Shown in pieces: positions 8,540-17,990 of a DNA stretch of 54,808 nucleotides (within the stretch, counting starts at the first letter, position 1; the number at the start of each line of letters is the position of its first letter). This stretch comes from an uncultured bacterium (GTDB lineage Bacteria; Electryoneota; Electryoneia; Electryoneales; Electryoneaceae). The translations under genes and the position numbers were made by a program. A model generated the notes under the pieces. The model did no database searches. It saw nothing but the letters and a program-made list of their open reading frames with translations, and had not been told where the DNA came from. The stretch is taken from assembly GCA_964404605.1 (NCBI GenBank), contig CAYOKT010000006.1, forward strand, positions 2,005 through 56,812, given 5' to 3'.

Positions 8540-9637
8540 TCAATCCCACGGTTCGTGGGTCAGATGAGCCGACCGCTTGAAGCTCAGTCCGGCGTGCTTG
8601 AAGTCGTCAATGTGCTCCTTGCGGAACTCGAAGCCCGTCAACCGGAAGAACCGCGGCCAGCCTACTCGCTCGATCCATTCGCCCACCCGCTCGTGCGGCC
8701 GGGCGTTGTCGGCCCACACCTCGACAATCTTCTTCACCGCCTGGACCACCTCGGGCCAGCGCGGCGGGTTGTTCGGAATGTACGGCACCGCCAGCTTCGA
8801 GAACTTGGGCTCGCTGCGGGCGTTGGACACCTTGCCGCCGACCCAGATGCTGACGCCGTCGTTCTCCGCGTCGTTCAACGGCATCGCCGGGCAGACGGTG
8901 TAGCAGTTGGCGCAGAACATGCAGTTCTCCTCGATCACCTCGACCGAGGGCTTGCCGTCCACCGTCGCCGGGCGGATCGCCGCCGTCGGGCAGGAGGCCG
9001 AGACGTTCGGGATCTCGCAGAGTTTGTTCAGGTTTTCGTGGTCGATCCTCGGCGGCAGGCGGTGGACGCCGAGAATGGCGATGTCGCTGCAGTGCACCGC
9101 GCCGCACATGTTCAGGCAGCAGGCGAGGGCGATCCGGCACTTCCCGGGCAGCTTCTTCGTGCCGTCGAAGTAGTCGAACAGCTCGTCCATCACCGCCTTG
9201 ACGATTCCGCTGGCGTCGGTGGCCGCGCTGTGGCAGTGCACCCACCCCTGCGTGTGCACGATCGAGGTGATCGCATAGCCGATGCCGCCCGCCGGGTGGC
9301 CGGCCGCCGCCATCTCCTCCTTGATCTTCGCCACGTTCTCCTTCTTCGTCGTCATCATCTCGACGTTGTGACGGCTGGTGAAGCGCAGGTGACCGTCACA
9401 GTACTTGTCCGCGATGTCGGCGAAGAAGCGGATCTTGTCGATCGAAATCAGGCGCGGTGACGCACAGCGCACGGTGTATACGGCGTCCCCGGACTCGGCG
9501 ACGTGCACCATCACCCCGGGTTCGAGGATCTCGTGGTACTTCCACTTCCCGTAGTTCTTCTTGATGACGGGGGGAAGAAAGTTTTCGTAGTTCGGCGGCC
9601 CGATGTCGGTCAGCCGCTCCTGCATGGCCTCTGGCAT
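8540..9637 (-). CDS. dsrB: Dissimilatory sulfite reductase beta subunit
   Basis: 365 aa. Sirohaem/Fe-S Cys motifs ([20 protein letters not shown]) and an inserted ferredoxin domain ([18 protein letters not shown]). Strong SD (AAGGAG) before the ATG. Confidence 0.95.
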   Translation of the reverse strand: MPEAMQERLTDIGPPNYENFLPPVIKKNYGKWKYHEILEPGVMVHVAESGDAVYTVRCASPRLISIDKIRFFADIADKYCDGHLRFTSRHNVEMMTTKKENVAKIKEEMAAAGHPAGGIGYAITSIVHTQGWVHCHSAATDASGIVKAVMDELFDYFDGTKKLPGKCRIALACCLNMCGAVHCSDIAILGVHRLPPRIDHENLNKLCEIPNVSASCPTAAIRPATVDGKPSVEVIEENCMFCANCYTVCPAMPLNDAENDGVSIWVGGKVSNARSEPKFSKLAVPYIPNNPPRWPEVVQAVKKIVEVWADNARPHERVGEWIERVGWPRFFRLTGFEFRKEHIDDFKHAGLSFKRSAHLTHEPWD

Positions 9638-9705
9638 TTCCTATCTCCTTGTCGCGTTGTTGCAAGCTTCTGTGATCCCTCAAGCCGCGTTGCCCCACGG
9701 GACCA

Positions 9706-10905
9706 CTACTCTTCCTCTTCTTCCTCCTCGTCCATCTCGAAGAAGATGTAGGGGTTGTCGCGCGGATAGGCGACCATTTCCGGGATCGGTTCGACACCGA
9801 CCGCCTCGAGGAAGTTGCCCAGGCCGACGCGCTGGATGAACTCGCCGATACGCTCGCGGTTCTTGCCCTCTTCGCACCAGACGTCCTGCATCTCCTCCAT
9901 CAGGTCGTACCAGGCCTCCACCTCTTCCTCGTCGTCCATCTTCAGGAAGGGGATGAGTACGCTGGAGAGGAGCGCGCCCTCGACGATGGGAGCCTTGGAG
10001 CCGATGAGGATGGTCGCGCCGCGGTCGTCGCCCGGACGGAGCGCCTTCGGCATCACGTTGATGCAGTGCATGCAGCGGCGGCAGTCACGGTTGTCGATCT
10101 CCAGCTCCTCGCCGGTCCACCTCATGCACTTCGCCGGGCAGTTGAGCACCACCTCGTTGACGATGTCGAGGCCGTCCGCGACATACTGCCGCACCGCCTC
10201 CTGGTCCACCTTGATGTCGTCCCGCCAGGTGCCGATGATCGAGATGTCGGAACGGGCGATGGAAGCGACACAGTCGTTCGGGCAGCCGGAGAACTTGAAC
10301 TTCCACTTGTAGGGGAAAGCCGGGCGGTGCAGCTCGTCCTGGTAGCGCATCGTCGTCTGGTAGCACATCTTGAGGGTGTCGTAGCACGCCCATTCGCAGC
10401 GCGCCGGGCCGACACAGGCGCTCGGGGTGCGCACATCCGACCCGGAGCCGCCGAGGTCGAACCCGAGCTTGGTCAGCTCGGCGAAGGTCGGCTCCAGCTC
10501 CTCGGTGCGACAGCCGAGGAAGATGATGTCGCCGGTGGAGCCGTGCATGTTCGTCAGGCCGCTGCCGTGACGCTCCCAGATGTCGCACAGGCCGCGCAGC
10601 GCCTCGGAGGTGTAGAACCATCCCGTGGGCATGTTGACCCGCAACGTGTGGAAGTGGGACACATGGGGGAATTCCTCGGGCAGATCGGTGTAGCGCCCGA
10701 TCACCCCGCCGCCGTAGCCGAGCACCCCGACGATGCCGCCGTGCTTCCAGTGCCCGATCCGCTCCTCGTAGGAACGCTCAAGAATGCCGAGCAGGTCGTT
10801 CGACATCTCGTTCTTCTCGGCGGCTTGCTTGATTTCCTTGACGAAACTGGGCCATGGTCCCTTCTCCAGCTCGTCAAGCATGGGTGTTTCGTACGTCTTT
10901 GACAT
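9706..10905 (-). CDS. dsrA: Dissimilatory sulfite reductase alpha subunit
   Basis: Track ORF trimmed to [21 protein letters not shown] at 10905, preceded by GGAGGAG. Typical DsrA motifs ([38 protein letters not shown]). Unusual DEEEEEEE C-terminus. Confidence 0.95.
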   Translation of the reverse strand: MSKTYETPMLDELEKGPWPSFVKEIKQAAEKNEMSNDLLGILERSYEERIGHWKHGGIVGVLGYGGGVIGRYTDLPEEFPHVSHFHTLRVNMPTGWFYTSEALRGLCDIWERHGSGLTNMHGSTGDIIFLGCRTEELEPTFAELTKLGFDLGGSGSDVRTPSACVGPARCEWACYDTLKMCYQTTMRYQDELHRPAFPYKWKFKFSGCPNDCVASIARSDISIIGTWRDDIKVDQEAVRQYVADGLDIVNEVVLNCPAKCMRWTGEELEIDNRDCRRCMHCINVMPKALRPGDDRGATILIGSKAPIVEGALLSSVLIPFLKMDDEEEVEAWYDLMEEMQDVWCEEGKNRERIGEFIQRVGLGNFLEAVGVEPIPEMVAYPRDNPYIFFEMDEEEEEEE

Positions 10906-10975
10906 AACTCCTCCTAAGCCTGTCCACCGCGCGGTGCGAAGCGGGACCCTCGCCACGCCCACGCCCTGTTTATCC

Positions 10976-12568
10976 TCAGTGTATCGCGTCCCAGTAATGC
11001 CTGAAGACCACCGTCGAGAGGAAATAGCCCAGCGGGACGTTGACCAGCACGCCGGCGCTGAAGGCATAGAGCGGCTTCATCCCGAAGGTGGCGAGTTCCT
11101 TGAACCGCGTCGAAAGCCCGATGGAGAGGAAGCAGAAGACGAAGGCCCAGCTCCGCAGCTTCTTCACCGGGGTGATCAGTTTCGGTCGCAGGACTCCCTC
11201 GAACCAGTCGCTGGCCCGGCGGAGCTGCGCCAGCGCCCAGCGCTGGTCCTCCGTCGCGGCCGCGGCCTGCAACTTCCTCAGGTCCGCCGCGCTCATCTTC
11301 CGGCGGAAGGCGATCGTCCCCTTCTCCGCGTCATACAGGAAAAGCCCGGCATACCCCGCGGGGACCTGGTAGGTCGAGAAATCGGCGTCGTAGGAGATCT
11401 TCACCGCCTTCGACTTGAACACCCCCCGCACCGGGGCGACGCCGACGTACTCTTTCGGCGCCGAGGAGGCGACGACACTCATCAGAACCGACGCGAAGAA
11501 AAACCCGAAGACGAACTTGGGAAAGCGCTCCCAGATGACCCCCGCTCCCACCGCGCGCTTCCCGTTGTCCGCCGACCTCTCCCAGAAGGCCACCGAGACG
11601 ATGGAGAGGACCAGCGCCCAGATGCCGATCCAGATGTCGCGGCCGATGACCTTCATCAGGGTGAAGGTCTGCACCGGCGCATCGCCGTGACGGGTGGCCA
11701 GCTCGGCGACCACGGCGAACCCGGCCGCATCCGCGAACTCGCTGGTCCCCACCCAGGCCCCCGCCACGCCGGGACTCATCACGCTCGGGATCAGCGCCTT
11801 GGTGATGAAGCTGAGGGTGAAGATCATGACGATCGCCCAGAGGGAGACGATGCCGATGGAGATGGCGATCTCGTCCTTCTTCGCCCGCACCGCGCCCCCC
11901 ACGGCGATGGAGGCGGAGACCCCGCAGACCGCTCCCCCCGCGCCGAGGACCGCGCCGAACTTGGGATTGATCTTGAAAACACGGGTGGCGACGAGAAAGA
12001 TGGTCGTCCAGGTGAGGAGGCTGACGATGGTCGCCTGCAGGAAGGCGATCGGCCCCGCGCTCCAGATGAGGGTGAGCGGCAGCGTCGCCCCCAGCAGGAC
12101 GATGCCGGTCTTGATGTAGTACTCCGTGCGCAGCGCCGTCCGCATCCAGTCCGGGATGCGCACCAGGTTGCTGATGACCAGCCCGATCGCCAGCGCGAGC
12201 AGCGGCGCCCCGAGGTCATACCGCTTCATGAACTGCCAGCCGGCGAGGTAGAAGATGGCCAGCGAGCCGAGAAACACGACGATGAACCCGGGGATGTACT
12301 GCTTCAACGGTTGGCCCATGATCCCGCAGGAGAGGGTGAAAATGACCAACCAACCGCCGAAGAGGATGAGGTAAGATGGGAAATGTTTCACAAAATCGGC
12401 CGCCAACCGCCCGCCGCTGTCCCAACTTCCCGGGGTGACCGCCCAGCCGCTGATCGTCCCGCCGGCGAGGAAAACGATGAGTGCCATCAGGACGATGCCG
12501 AGGCCGAGCCAGACCGCCCACCAGTCCTCCGTCAGGACCAGCGCCTTCCAGCCCTTCGCCTGCTCCAT
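10976..12568 (-). CDS. YeiH/TauZ-family (UPF0324, putative sulfate-exporter family) membrane transporter with an inserted soluble segment
   Basis: Polytopic protein with the family-typical [25 protein letters not shown] segment. ATG at 12568 is preceded by a G-rich SD; a TTG at 12595 is also possible. Ends 70 nt upstream of dsrA on the same strand. Confidence 0.75.
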   Translation of the reverse strand: MEQAKGWKALVLTEDWWAVWLGLGIVLMALIVFLAGGTISGWAVTPGSWDSGGRLAADFVKHFPSYLILFGGWLVIFTLSCGIMGQPLKQYIPGFIVVFLGSLAIFYLAGWQFMKRYDLGAPLLALAIGLVISNLVRIPDWMRTALRTEYYIKTGIVLLGATLPLTLIWSAGPIAFLQATIVSLLTWTTIFLVATRVFKINPKFGAVLGAGGAVCGVSASIAVGGAVRAKKDEIAISIGIVSLWAIVMIFTLSFITKALIPSVMSPGVAGAWVGTSEFADAAGFAVVAELATRHGDAPVQTFTLMKVIGRDIWIGIWALVLSIVSVAFWERSADNGKRAVGAGVIWERFPKFVFGFFFASVLMSVVASSAPKEYVGVAPVRGVFKSKAVKISYDADFSTYQVPAGYAGLFLYDAEKGTIAFRRKMSAADLRKLQAAAATEDQRWALAQLRRASDWFEGVLRPKLITPVKKLRSWAFVFCFLSIGLSTRFKELATFGMKPLYAFSAGVLVNVPLGYFLSTVVFRHYWDAIH

Positions 12569-12719
12569 CGTCCCCCCCCACTCTGATTCGCCCAAGCTCC
12601 ATCATTGGAGCCGAAAGGACCACCGCCGCCCCGGACCCCGCCATCCGTTGGTCAAGGGCCCGGGCCGCGGGCGGAGAGTTCACCCCACCAATCCAACCCC
12701 CGGCGTTGCAAGCTTCAGG

Positions 12720-12833
12720 CCACAAACCTAACCTGCAAATTCTTATATCGTTAGGCTGATACCTCGTGAATTTGTGTACAAGCTATCGGCGAGGAATGTC
12801 ACCAATCAGTAACATCTACCTCGCTATCCTACT
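12720..12833 (-). promoter_or_regulatory. AT-rich intergenic segment, likely promoter region of the yeiH-like/dsrAB transcription unit
   Basis: The only clearly AT-rich stretch for kilobases, lying just after the terminator and about 150 nt upstream of the transporter start. A possible TTCACG-17 nt-TATAAG pair is present on the minus strand. No experimental support. Confidence 0.35.
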
Positions 12834-12870
12834 GGAAAAACAAACCCCTGCGAAATATGTTTCGCAGGGG
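12834..12870 (-). terminator. Rho-independent terminator (minus strand) separating the NYN gene region from the dsr locus
   Basis: Perfect 11-bp stem CCCCTGCGAAA / TTTCGCAGGGG with a 4-nt loop. On the minus strand it is followed by TTTGTTTTTCC. Confidence 0.6.
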
Positions 12871-13118
12871 TAACAGTGTTACCGTATCGTAACGTTCGTC
12901 CAAGCGGAAGACACGCTCCCGCTTCGGAATCGCGACCTCTCCCCGTTCGCCCGCCGGCGGAGCTGCGGCTATGGGGGGGCGCCGTACGCCGTACAGGCCC
13001 CGCTCCCGCCGGGACACGACCGGGTTCCGCCTCCTCGGCCGGGCAAAGCAGACAGCGGGTCCGGGCTGCGCCCGGTCGGCGCAGAGCCCGATGCCCCTTT
13101 CACGGACGCGGGTCCGGG

Positions 13119-13709
13119 CTATGCCCGGTTGGCGTAGTGCTCGACGCTCTCGTGGTTGCCGATGAAGATGTCCTCGAGGATCTCCTCGCTGAGGTGGAAC
13201 ACCTTGTCGGCGCGCGTGGCGAGCGACTCCGACAGCCCGCGCGGGAAGAAGGCCGTGTCGACCTCGAGACCCATCTCCTTGCCGTACTCGACGACCTCCG
13301 CGAGGTCCTTGTCGCCGGAGACGATCACCGCCACTTCGCAGGCATGGTTGACCGCGAGGCGTACGAGGTCGATGGCCAGCTTGACATCGAGGCCCTTCTC
13401 CACCGCGTAATGCTTGCGTCCGCCTGTCTCTTCCCCGCGGACCTGGTAGTAGACCAGCTTGCCGAGACGAAGGGTGAGGTGCTGCGTGTGGGCAAGATGG
13501 GTGATGAAGCGCTGCTGTTTTTCGTAGTTCTCGGGATCGAAGTCGGGGTCCACCTTGGCGTTGTAATAGTAGATCCTCAGCAGTTCCCCTTCGGCCAGTT
13601 CGGCCATCTTCTTTCCGAACCGATAGAAGTCAACATCCATCCGGCCGATGTTGTCGCGCAGCCCGTTGTAGAAGTTGCTTCCATCGATGAAGACCGCGAC
13701 ACGTTTCAT
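13119..13709 (-). CDS. NYN-domain (LabA/DUF88-like) protein, predicted RNase-fold
   Basis: Track ORF trimmed to MKRVAVFIDGSNFYNG at 13709. NYN hallmarks present: FIDGSN near the N-terminus and IVSGDKDL later. Confidence 0.8.
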   Translation of the reverse strand: MKRVAVFIDGSNFYNGLRDNIGRMDVDFYRFGKKMAELAEGELLRIYYYNAKVDPDFDPENYEKQQRFITHLAHTQHLTLRLGKLVYYQVRGEETGGRKHYAVEKGLDVKLAIDLVRLAVNHACEVAVIVSGDKDLAEVVEYGKEMGLEVDTAFFPRGLSESLATRADKVFHLSEEILEDIFIGNHESVEHYANRA

Positions 13710-14141
13710 GATTGTACCTGCTCGGTTGGAGGTTCGTGCGAGCGGCGGGAGGTTACCATCGGCGATTCCATCAAGTGTATCATTATCCCGGCCGCCAGAA
13801 ACCCGGCTCCCGTTCCCTGCTTTCCATAGTGGGGCAGTGGGCAAGAATACCCTGAAAGCTGGCGCAAGTCAAGTGCTCCCGTATTCTCCTGCTCCGTGCG
13901 GGCGACGGTCCGCAAGCATCTATTGACACGTTCCGTCCGGCCGGTTCGTTCCCATCCACCCTTCGCGCCGGGGCCGGGAGTCTCGCGCGCGCAGGGTCAC
14001 GAAGGCGGCCCGGCGGCGTTGTCCCCATGCCGGGGATTTCGTAGCTTTCGTATCACGCCGGCCCGCCGGGGCGCGCGGTCCGGCGCAACCTCCTCCCCGG
14101 CGCTTTTCCACGCTCCCGCGGGATCCGAAGATGAGGGCGGC

Positions 14142-14618
14142 ATGCGCATCAGCGAACTCCTGGATGAGAAGACCCTCCTGATTCCCTTCGAGGCCGCATC
14201 GAAGGAGGAGGCGATCGAGGCGCTGGTGGACCGGCTCGCCGCCGCGGGGCGCATCCCGGACCGCGACGCCGCCCTCGAGGCCGTGCTGGCGCGTGAGCGC
14301 GCGCTCTCCACCGGGGTCGGCGGAGGAATCGCCGTGCCCCACGCCACCCTGGCGGGCCTGAAGGGCCCCGCGCTCGCCCTCGGCCGGCTCGAGGAGGGAA
14401 TCGAGTTCGACTCCGTGGACGGGCAGGGCGTGCGCCTCATCTTCCTCCTCGTCGTTCCCCGTGAAGAGCTGACCCTGCACCTGCGGCTGCTCAGCCGGAT
14501 CAGCCGCCTGTGCAACAACGGCGAGCTGCACAAGACCCTGCTCGAAGCTCCGGACGCCGGGACACTCCTCTCGGCGATTCGCGGGGCGGAAGAGGAACAC
14601 CGGGACCGTCACGGGTGA
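14142..14618 (+). CDS. PTS EIIA type-2 domain protein (PtsN/EIIA-Ntr-like regulator)
   Basis: 158 aa from the ATG at 14142 (MRISELLDEKTLLIPFEA). Contains STGVGGGIAVPHA with the phosphorylatable His context. Confidence 0.8.
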   Translation: MRISELLDEKTLLIPFEAASKEEAIEALVDRLAAAGRIPDRDAALEAVLARERALSTGVGGGIAVPHATLAGLKGPALALGRLEEGIEFDSVDGQGVRLIFLLVVPREELTLHLRLLSRISRLCNNGELHKTLLEAPDAGTLLSAIRGAEEEHRDRHG

Positions 14619-16375
14619 GTGTCGCCGACAGCGCCGTCCTCGTCCTCTATCTCGCCGCGGTGTTCCTCCTCGGCGCGGCCTTCATCCGCCGCGCCAACCG
14701 GGGCACTGAGAGCTACTTCCTCTCCGGCCGGAACCTCCCCTGGTGGATCGCCGGCACGAGCATGGTGGCGACGAGCTTCTCCTGCGACACCCCGCTCTAT
14801 GTCACCCGCCTGGTCCGCTCCGGCGGCGTGTGGCTCAACTGGCAATGGTGGTCCTTCGCCATCGGGGGCCTCTTCGCCGCCTTCCTCCTCGCCCGCCTGT
14901 GGCGGCGGGCCCGGGTACTCACCGATGTCGAGCTGACCGAGCTGCGGTACGGCAGCGGCGCGGGCAGCGTCCTGCGCGTCGTCCGGGCCGCCTGGACCGC
15001 CCTGCTGATCAACACCATCGCGATGAGCTGGGTGGTGCTCGCGATGGCGAAGATCCTCGGGGTGTTCACCGGCGGGCCGAAGTGGACCGGGGTGCTGGCC
15101 GCCTCCCTCCTCGCCGGGGGCTACAGCCTGCTCTCCGGGTTCTGGGGGGTGGTCGTCACCGACCTCGCCCAGTTTCTCATCGCGCTGATCGGGGCGGCGG
15201 CGCTGGCCTTCTTCGCGGTGGACGCCGCCGGGGGAATGGAGAACATCCTCGCCGTGGCGGGGCCGGAGAGGATCAGCTTCGTGCCCACGCTGCCCGAAGG
15301 CGGAATCTTCAGCGGCGCCTTCTGGACCGGGGCCTTCGGCGGCTTCGTGATCTACGCCTCGATCCAGTGGTGGGCGAATGTGAACAGTGACGGCGGCGGG
15401 AAGGTGATCCAGCGGATGAGCGCCGCGAAGAACGAGGCGCACGCCTTCGGCGCCACGCTGTGGTTCAACGTCGCCCATTACGCCCTGCGGACCTGGCCGT
15501 GGGTCATCGCCGCCCTCGCCAGCCTCGTGCTGCTGCCGGACATCGTCGATGATGAACTCGCCTACCCGCAACTGATCGCCCTGGTCCTCCCCTCGCCCTG
15601 GAAGGGGGTGCTCCTCGCCGGGCTGCTGGCGGCGTTCATGTCCACCATCGACACCCAGCTCAACTGGGGCGCCAGCTACCTGACCCACGATGTCTACCGG
15701 CGCTGGCTCTCCCCGGGACGGGAGGACCGGCACTATGTGCGCATCGCCAAGGTGGCGACCCTGCTGCTGATCGTGCTCACCGCCCTGATGGCCTACCGGG
15801 TGAAATCGGTCACCGAGGCCTTCAAGTTCCTGATCGCCTTCGGCGCGGGGACGGGGCCGGTCTACCTGCTGCGCTGGTTCTGGTGGCGCGTCTCCGCGTG
15901 GAGCGAGATCGGCGCGATGGCGGCCTCCACGGTGATCTCCTCGACCCTCTACCTCGCCTGGCCGGGGATTTCCTTCCCCCTGAAGGTGGTTCTCACGGCG
16001 GGCGGCTCGGCGCTGCTGTGGCTGCCGCTGACCTTCGCCCTTCCGCCCCCCACGATGGAGACCCTGGTCGCCTTCTGGCGCCGCACCCGTCCGCCGGGCG
16101 CCTGGGCGCCGGTGCGGCGGGCCGCCGGCGGAGGAGCCGCCTACGCACCGAATTCGCTGCGGGCCGACCTCGCCGGGTGGGCGGGCGGAGTCGCCCTGAC
16201 CCTCGGCGCCACCTTCGCCATCGGGCTGTTCCTCTTCGGCGAGAACGCCAAGGCGGCCGTCGCCGCGCTGGTGATGGTCGCCGGGGGGCTTCTCACCGCG
16301 CGCTGGATGCGCGCCACGTTCCGCCCGCCGGAGAACGGAAAACCCGCCGGCACGGCCTCCGCGCGAAGCGAATAA
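14615..16375 (+). CDS. Sodium:solute symporter (SSS) family transporter
   Basis: GTG at 14615 overlaps the EIIA stop (GTGA). About 13 predicted TM segments, with the SSS-like N-terminus YFLSGRNLPWWIAGTSMVATSFS. Confidence 0.85.
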   Translation: MSVADSAVLVLYLAAVFLLGAAFIRRANRGTESYFLSGRNLPWWIAGTSMVATSFSCDTPLYVTRLVRSGGVWLNWQWWSFAIGGLFAAFLLARLWRRARVLTDVELTELRYGSGAGSVLRVVRAAWTALLINTIAMSWVVLAMAKILGVFTGGPKWTGVLAASLLAGGYSLLSGFWGVVVTDLAQFLIALIGAAALAFFAVDAAGGMENILAVAGPERISFVPTLPEGGIFSGAFWTGAFGGFVIYASIQWWANVNSDGGGKVIQRMSAAKNEAHAFGATLWFNVAHYALRTWPWVIAALASLVLLPDIVDDELAYPQLIALVLPSPWKGVLLAGLLAAFMSTIDTQLNWGASYLTHDVYRRWLSPGREDRHYVRIAKVATLLLIVLTALMAYRVKSVTEAFKFLIAFGAGTGPVYLLRWFWWRVSAWSEIGAMAASTVISSTLYLAWPGISFPLKVVLTAGGSALLWLPLTFALPPPTMETLVAFWRRTRPPGAWAPVRRAAGGGAAYAPNSLRADLAGWAGGVALTLGATFAIGLFLFGENAKAAVAALVMVAGGLLTARWMRATFRPPENGKPAGTASARSE

Positions 16376-16406
16376 CCACACCGGACGGGCTTCCCGGCTC
16401 ACGATT

Positions 16407-16429
16407 CCGCCTTGTCGTGGGGAAGGCGG
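16407..16429. terminator. Hairpin between convergent genes (possible bidirectional terminator)
   Basis: CCGCCTT-9 nt-AAGGCGG in the 78-nt gap between the symporter stop and the OMP gene stop. No strong U-tract. Confidence 0.3.
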
Positions 16430-16453
16430 AGGCGCTGTCTATAGGGGACCTGC

Positions 16454-17242
16454 TTACCCTCCGAAGGCGAAGCCGATGCGGAACCACAGGTCGCGCATGT
16501 TCACATCCGGACCGTTGCCCGTCAGCTTGCCCTCATCAATCCGCCAGCGATCGACAACCAGCGTATCGAACTGCACGCCGACCGCTCCGTCCAGCGCCAA
16601 CCAGTCCAGGATGTGCACCCGCGCGCCGACATAGGGCCGGAAGAAGAAAAAGGCCTGTGTGACCTTGGTGCCGATGTTCCGCCCATCCACCAGTGTCGTG
16701 CCGGTATACTGGTGGGTGATGTCGTCCCAGGTGACCGACCCCTCGTTCTGCAGCAGCTCGATCTCGACCCCGCCGCCGCCGATCACTCCGCCGAGGCCGA
16801 AGTTCACCGGGCCGACCATCCAGGGCGAATACTCCACCAGGAATCCGCCGCCGCCATAGCGCAAGTTCATCTCGCGCTTGAACTTGTCCCCGTTGAGGTA
16901 GACCACGCCATCCGTCCTCGCGGAGTAGCCCCAGCCTTCGCCGCCGACACGCCAGCCGCCGCCGACATAGCCCATGCCGTGGCCCCCGAAGCCCACGAGG
17001 GCGTCGTTCAGGTGATCGATGCCCATCGCGTCTGCGAGGCTCTTCAGCGCGCTGCCGTCATAGTTCAGGTAGCTGAAAAAGAAGCCGCCATGCCCGTTGA
17101 AGCCGGCATGACTCCGCCGTGTGCGCCAGGTTTTCCACTCGAAGTTGTTCTCCTCGCCGGCCACGGCCGACTGCGGCAGCGACATGCCGGCCAGCAGCAG
17201 AACCGCCGCCAGCCCGATCAACCCCTGCTTCGTCCGGTTCAT
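16454..17242 (-). CDS. Predicted outer-membrane beta-barrel protein (function unknown)
   Basis: Trimmed to MNRTKQGLIGLAAVLLLAGMSLPQSAVA (signal peptide). Gly/aromatic-rich alternating strands and a C-terminal WFRIGFAFGG. Confidence 0.6.
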   Translation of the reverse strand: MNRTKQGLIGLAAVLLLAGMSLPQSAVAGEENNFEWKTWRTRRSHAGFNGHGGFFFSYLNYDGSALKSLADAMGIDHLNDALVGFGGHGMGYVGGGWRVGGEGWGYSARTDGVVYLNGDKFKREMNLRYGGGGFLVEYSPWMVGPVNFGLGGVIGGGGVEIELLQNEGSVTWDDITHQYTGTTLVDGRNIGTKVTQAFFFFRPYVGARVHILDWLALDGAVGVQFDTLVVDRWRIDEGKLTGNGPDVNMRDLWFRIGFAFGG

Positions 17243-17702
17243 CCTCTTCCTCGTTCTCTTCGAAATCGTCCAGCTCCCCTGCGCGCCGCCGGCCGCGATT
17301 CCACCCGATCCGCCTGCGCCCGCTGCATGGGAGATCAGCAAGCAACATGCCAAACGCCGGCGGCGGAGAAAGATTCTATAACTTCCTGTGTTGCATCACC
17401 TTCACCGAGGCTCGGAGCGGCGGCGGCGCGCGGCTCCCGTCGCCGGATGACCACACCCCGTGACCGGGCGGCACACAGCAGAGACCGGCGAAAGGCCTCC
17501 CGTGCGGGCGAGACTTGGCACGGGGGGAATCCTCAACGCATACAGTCATGCCGAGAAGACAACCTGGCGAATCGAGCATTGGGGGGCTGGTAAATATGGT
17601 GTGAGACCCGGGACTGCCTGCCTGCGCCTGCGGCTACGGCCGGCAAGAAGTTCCGGGCTGCCCGTTCGCCGAGGCTCTGAGAGTTGCTCTCGGAACCACA
17701 AA

Positions 17703-17734
17703 GGTATTACATTGGTGATACAACAGGTATACAA
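17703..17734 (+). promoter_or_regulatory. Putative operator of the toxin-antitoxin promoter: three direct repeats
   Basis: GGTATTACA, GGTGATACA and GGTATACAA start 11-12 nt apart, 23-54 nt upstream of the antitoxin ATG. Confidence 0.4.
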
Positions 17735-17756
17735 CGAGTCACCGAAAGAGGCAATC

Positions 17757-17990
17757 ATGGTCAAGAAGCTGACTCGACACGGGAACAGCCTGGCCTTGAT
17801 CATCGACCGGGCCGTGTTGGATCTGTTGAAGATCGACGCGGACACTCCCTTGGATATCTCGACGAATGGCGATGTGCTTGTGATCCGGCCGATCCGCAAT
17901 CCGGAGCGTCAGGCCGCCTTTTCCCGGGCGCTGGAGTCCGTGAACACCCGGTATAGCCGAACCTTGCGCCGCCTGGCGGATGGCGGGTGA
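17757..17990 (+). CDS. AbrB/MazE/SpoVT-fold antitoxin (Phd-like partner of Doc)
   Basis: 77 aa beginning MVKKLTRHGNSLALIIDRAVLDLL, a typical swapped-hairpin antitoxin N-terminus. Stop overlaps the doc start. Confidence 0.8.
   Translation: MVKKLTRHGNSLALIIDRAVLDLLKIDADTPLDISTNGDVLVIRPIRNPERQAAFSRALESVNTRYSRTLRRLADGG

Noticed and set aside
8540-10905. Apparent lower GC of dsrAB (and dsrMK) relative to dsrN/TPR, as evidence for lateral transfer of the dsr core
   Set aside because: Hand-sampled lines show similar ~58-60% GC in housekeeping genes such as ackA. The difference is not demonstrable without proper GC3 and tetranucleotide statistics.
12829-13017. 62-aa minus-strand ORF in the NYN 3' region
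   Set aside because: It reads through the terminator hairpin and has Arg/Pro-rich composition with no start context.
14609-16402. 597-aa minus-strand ORF opposite the sodium:solute symporter
   Set aside because: The product is hydrophilic and Arg/Gly/Pro/Glu-rich with no domains. The plus-strand product is a coherent ~13-TM transporter.
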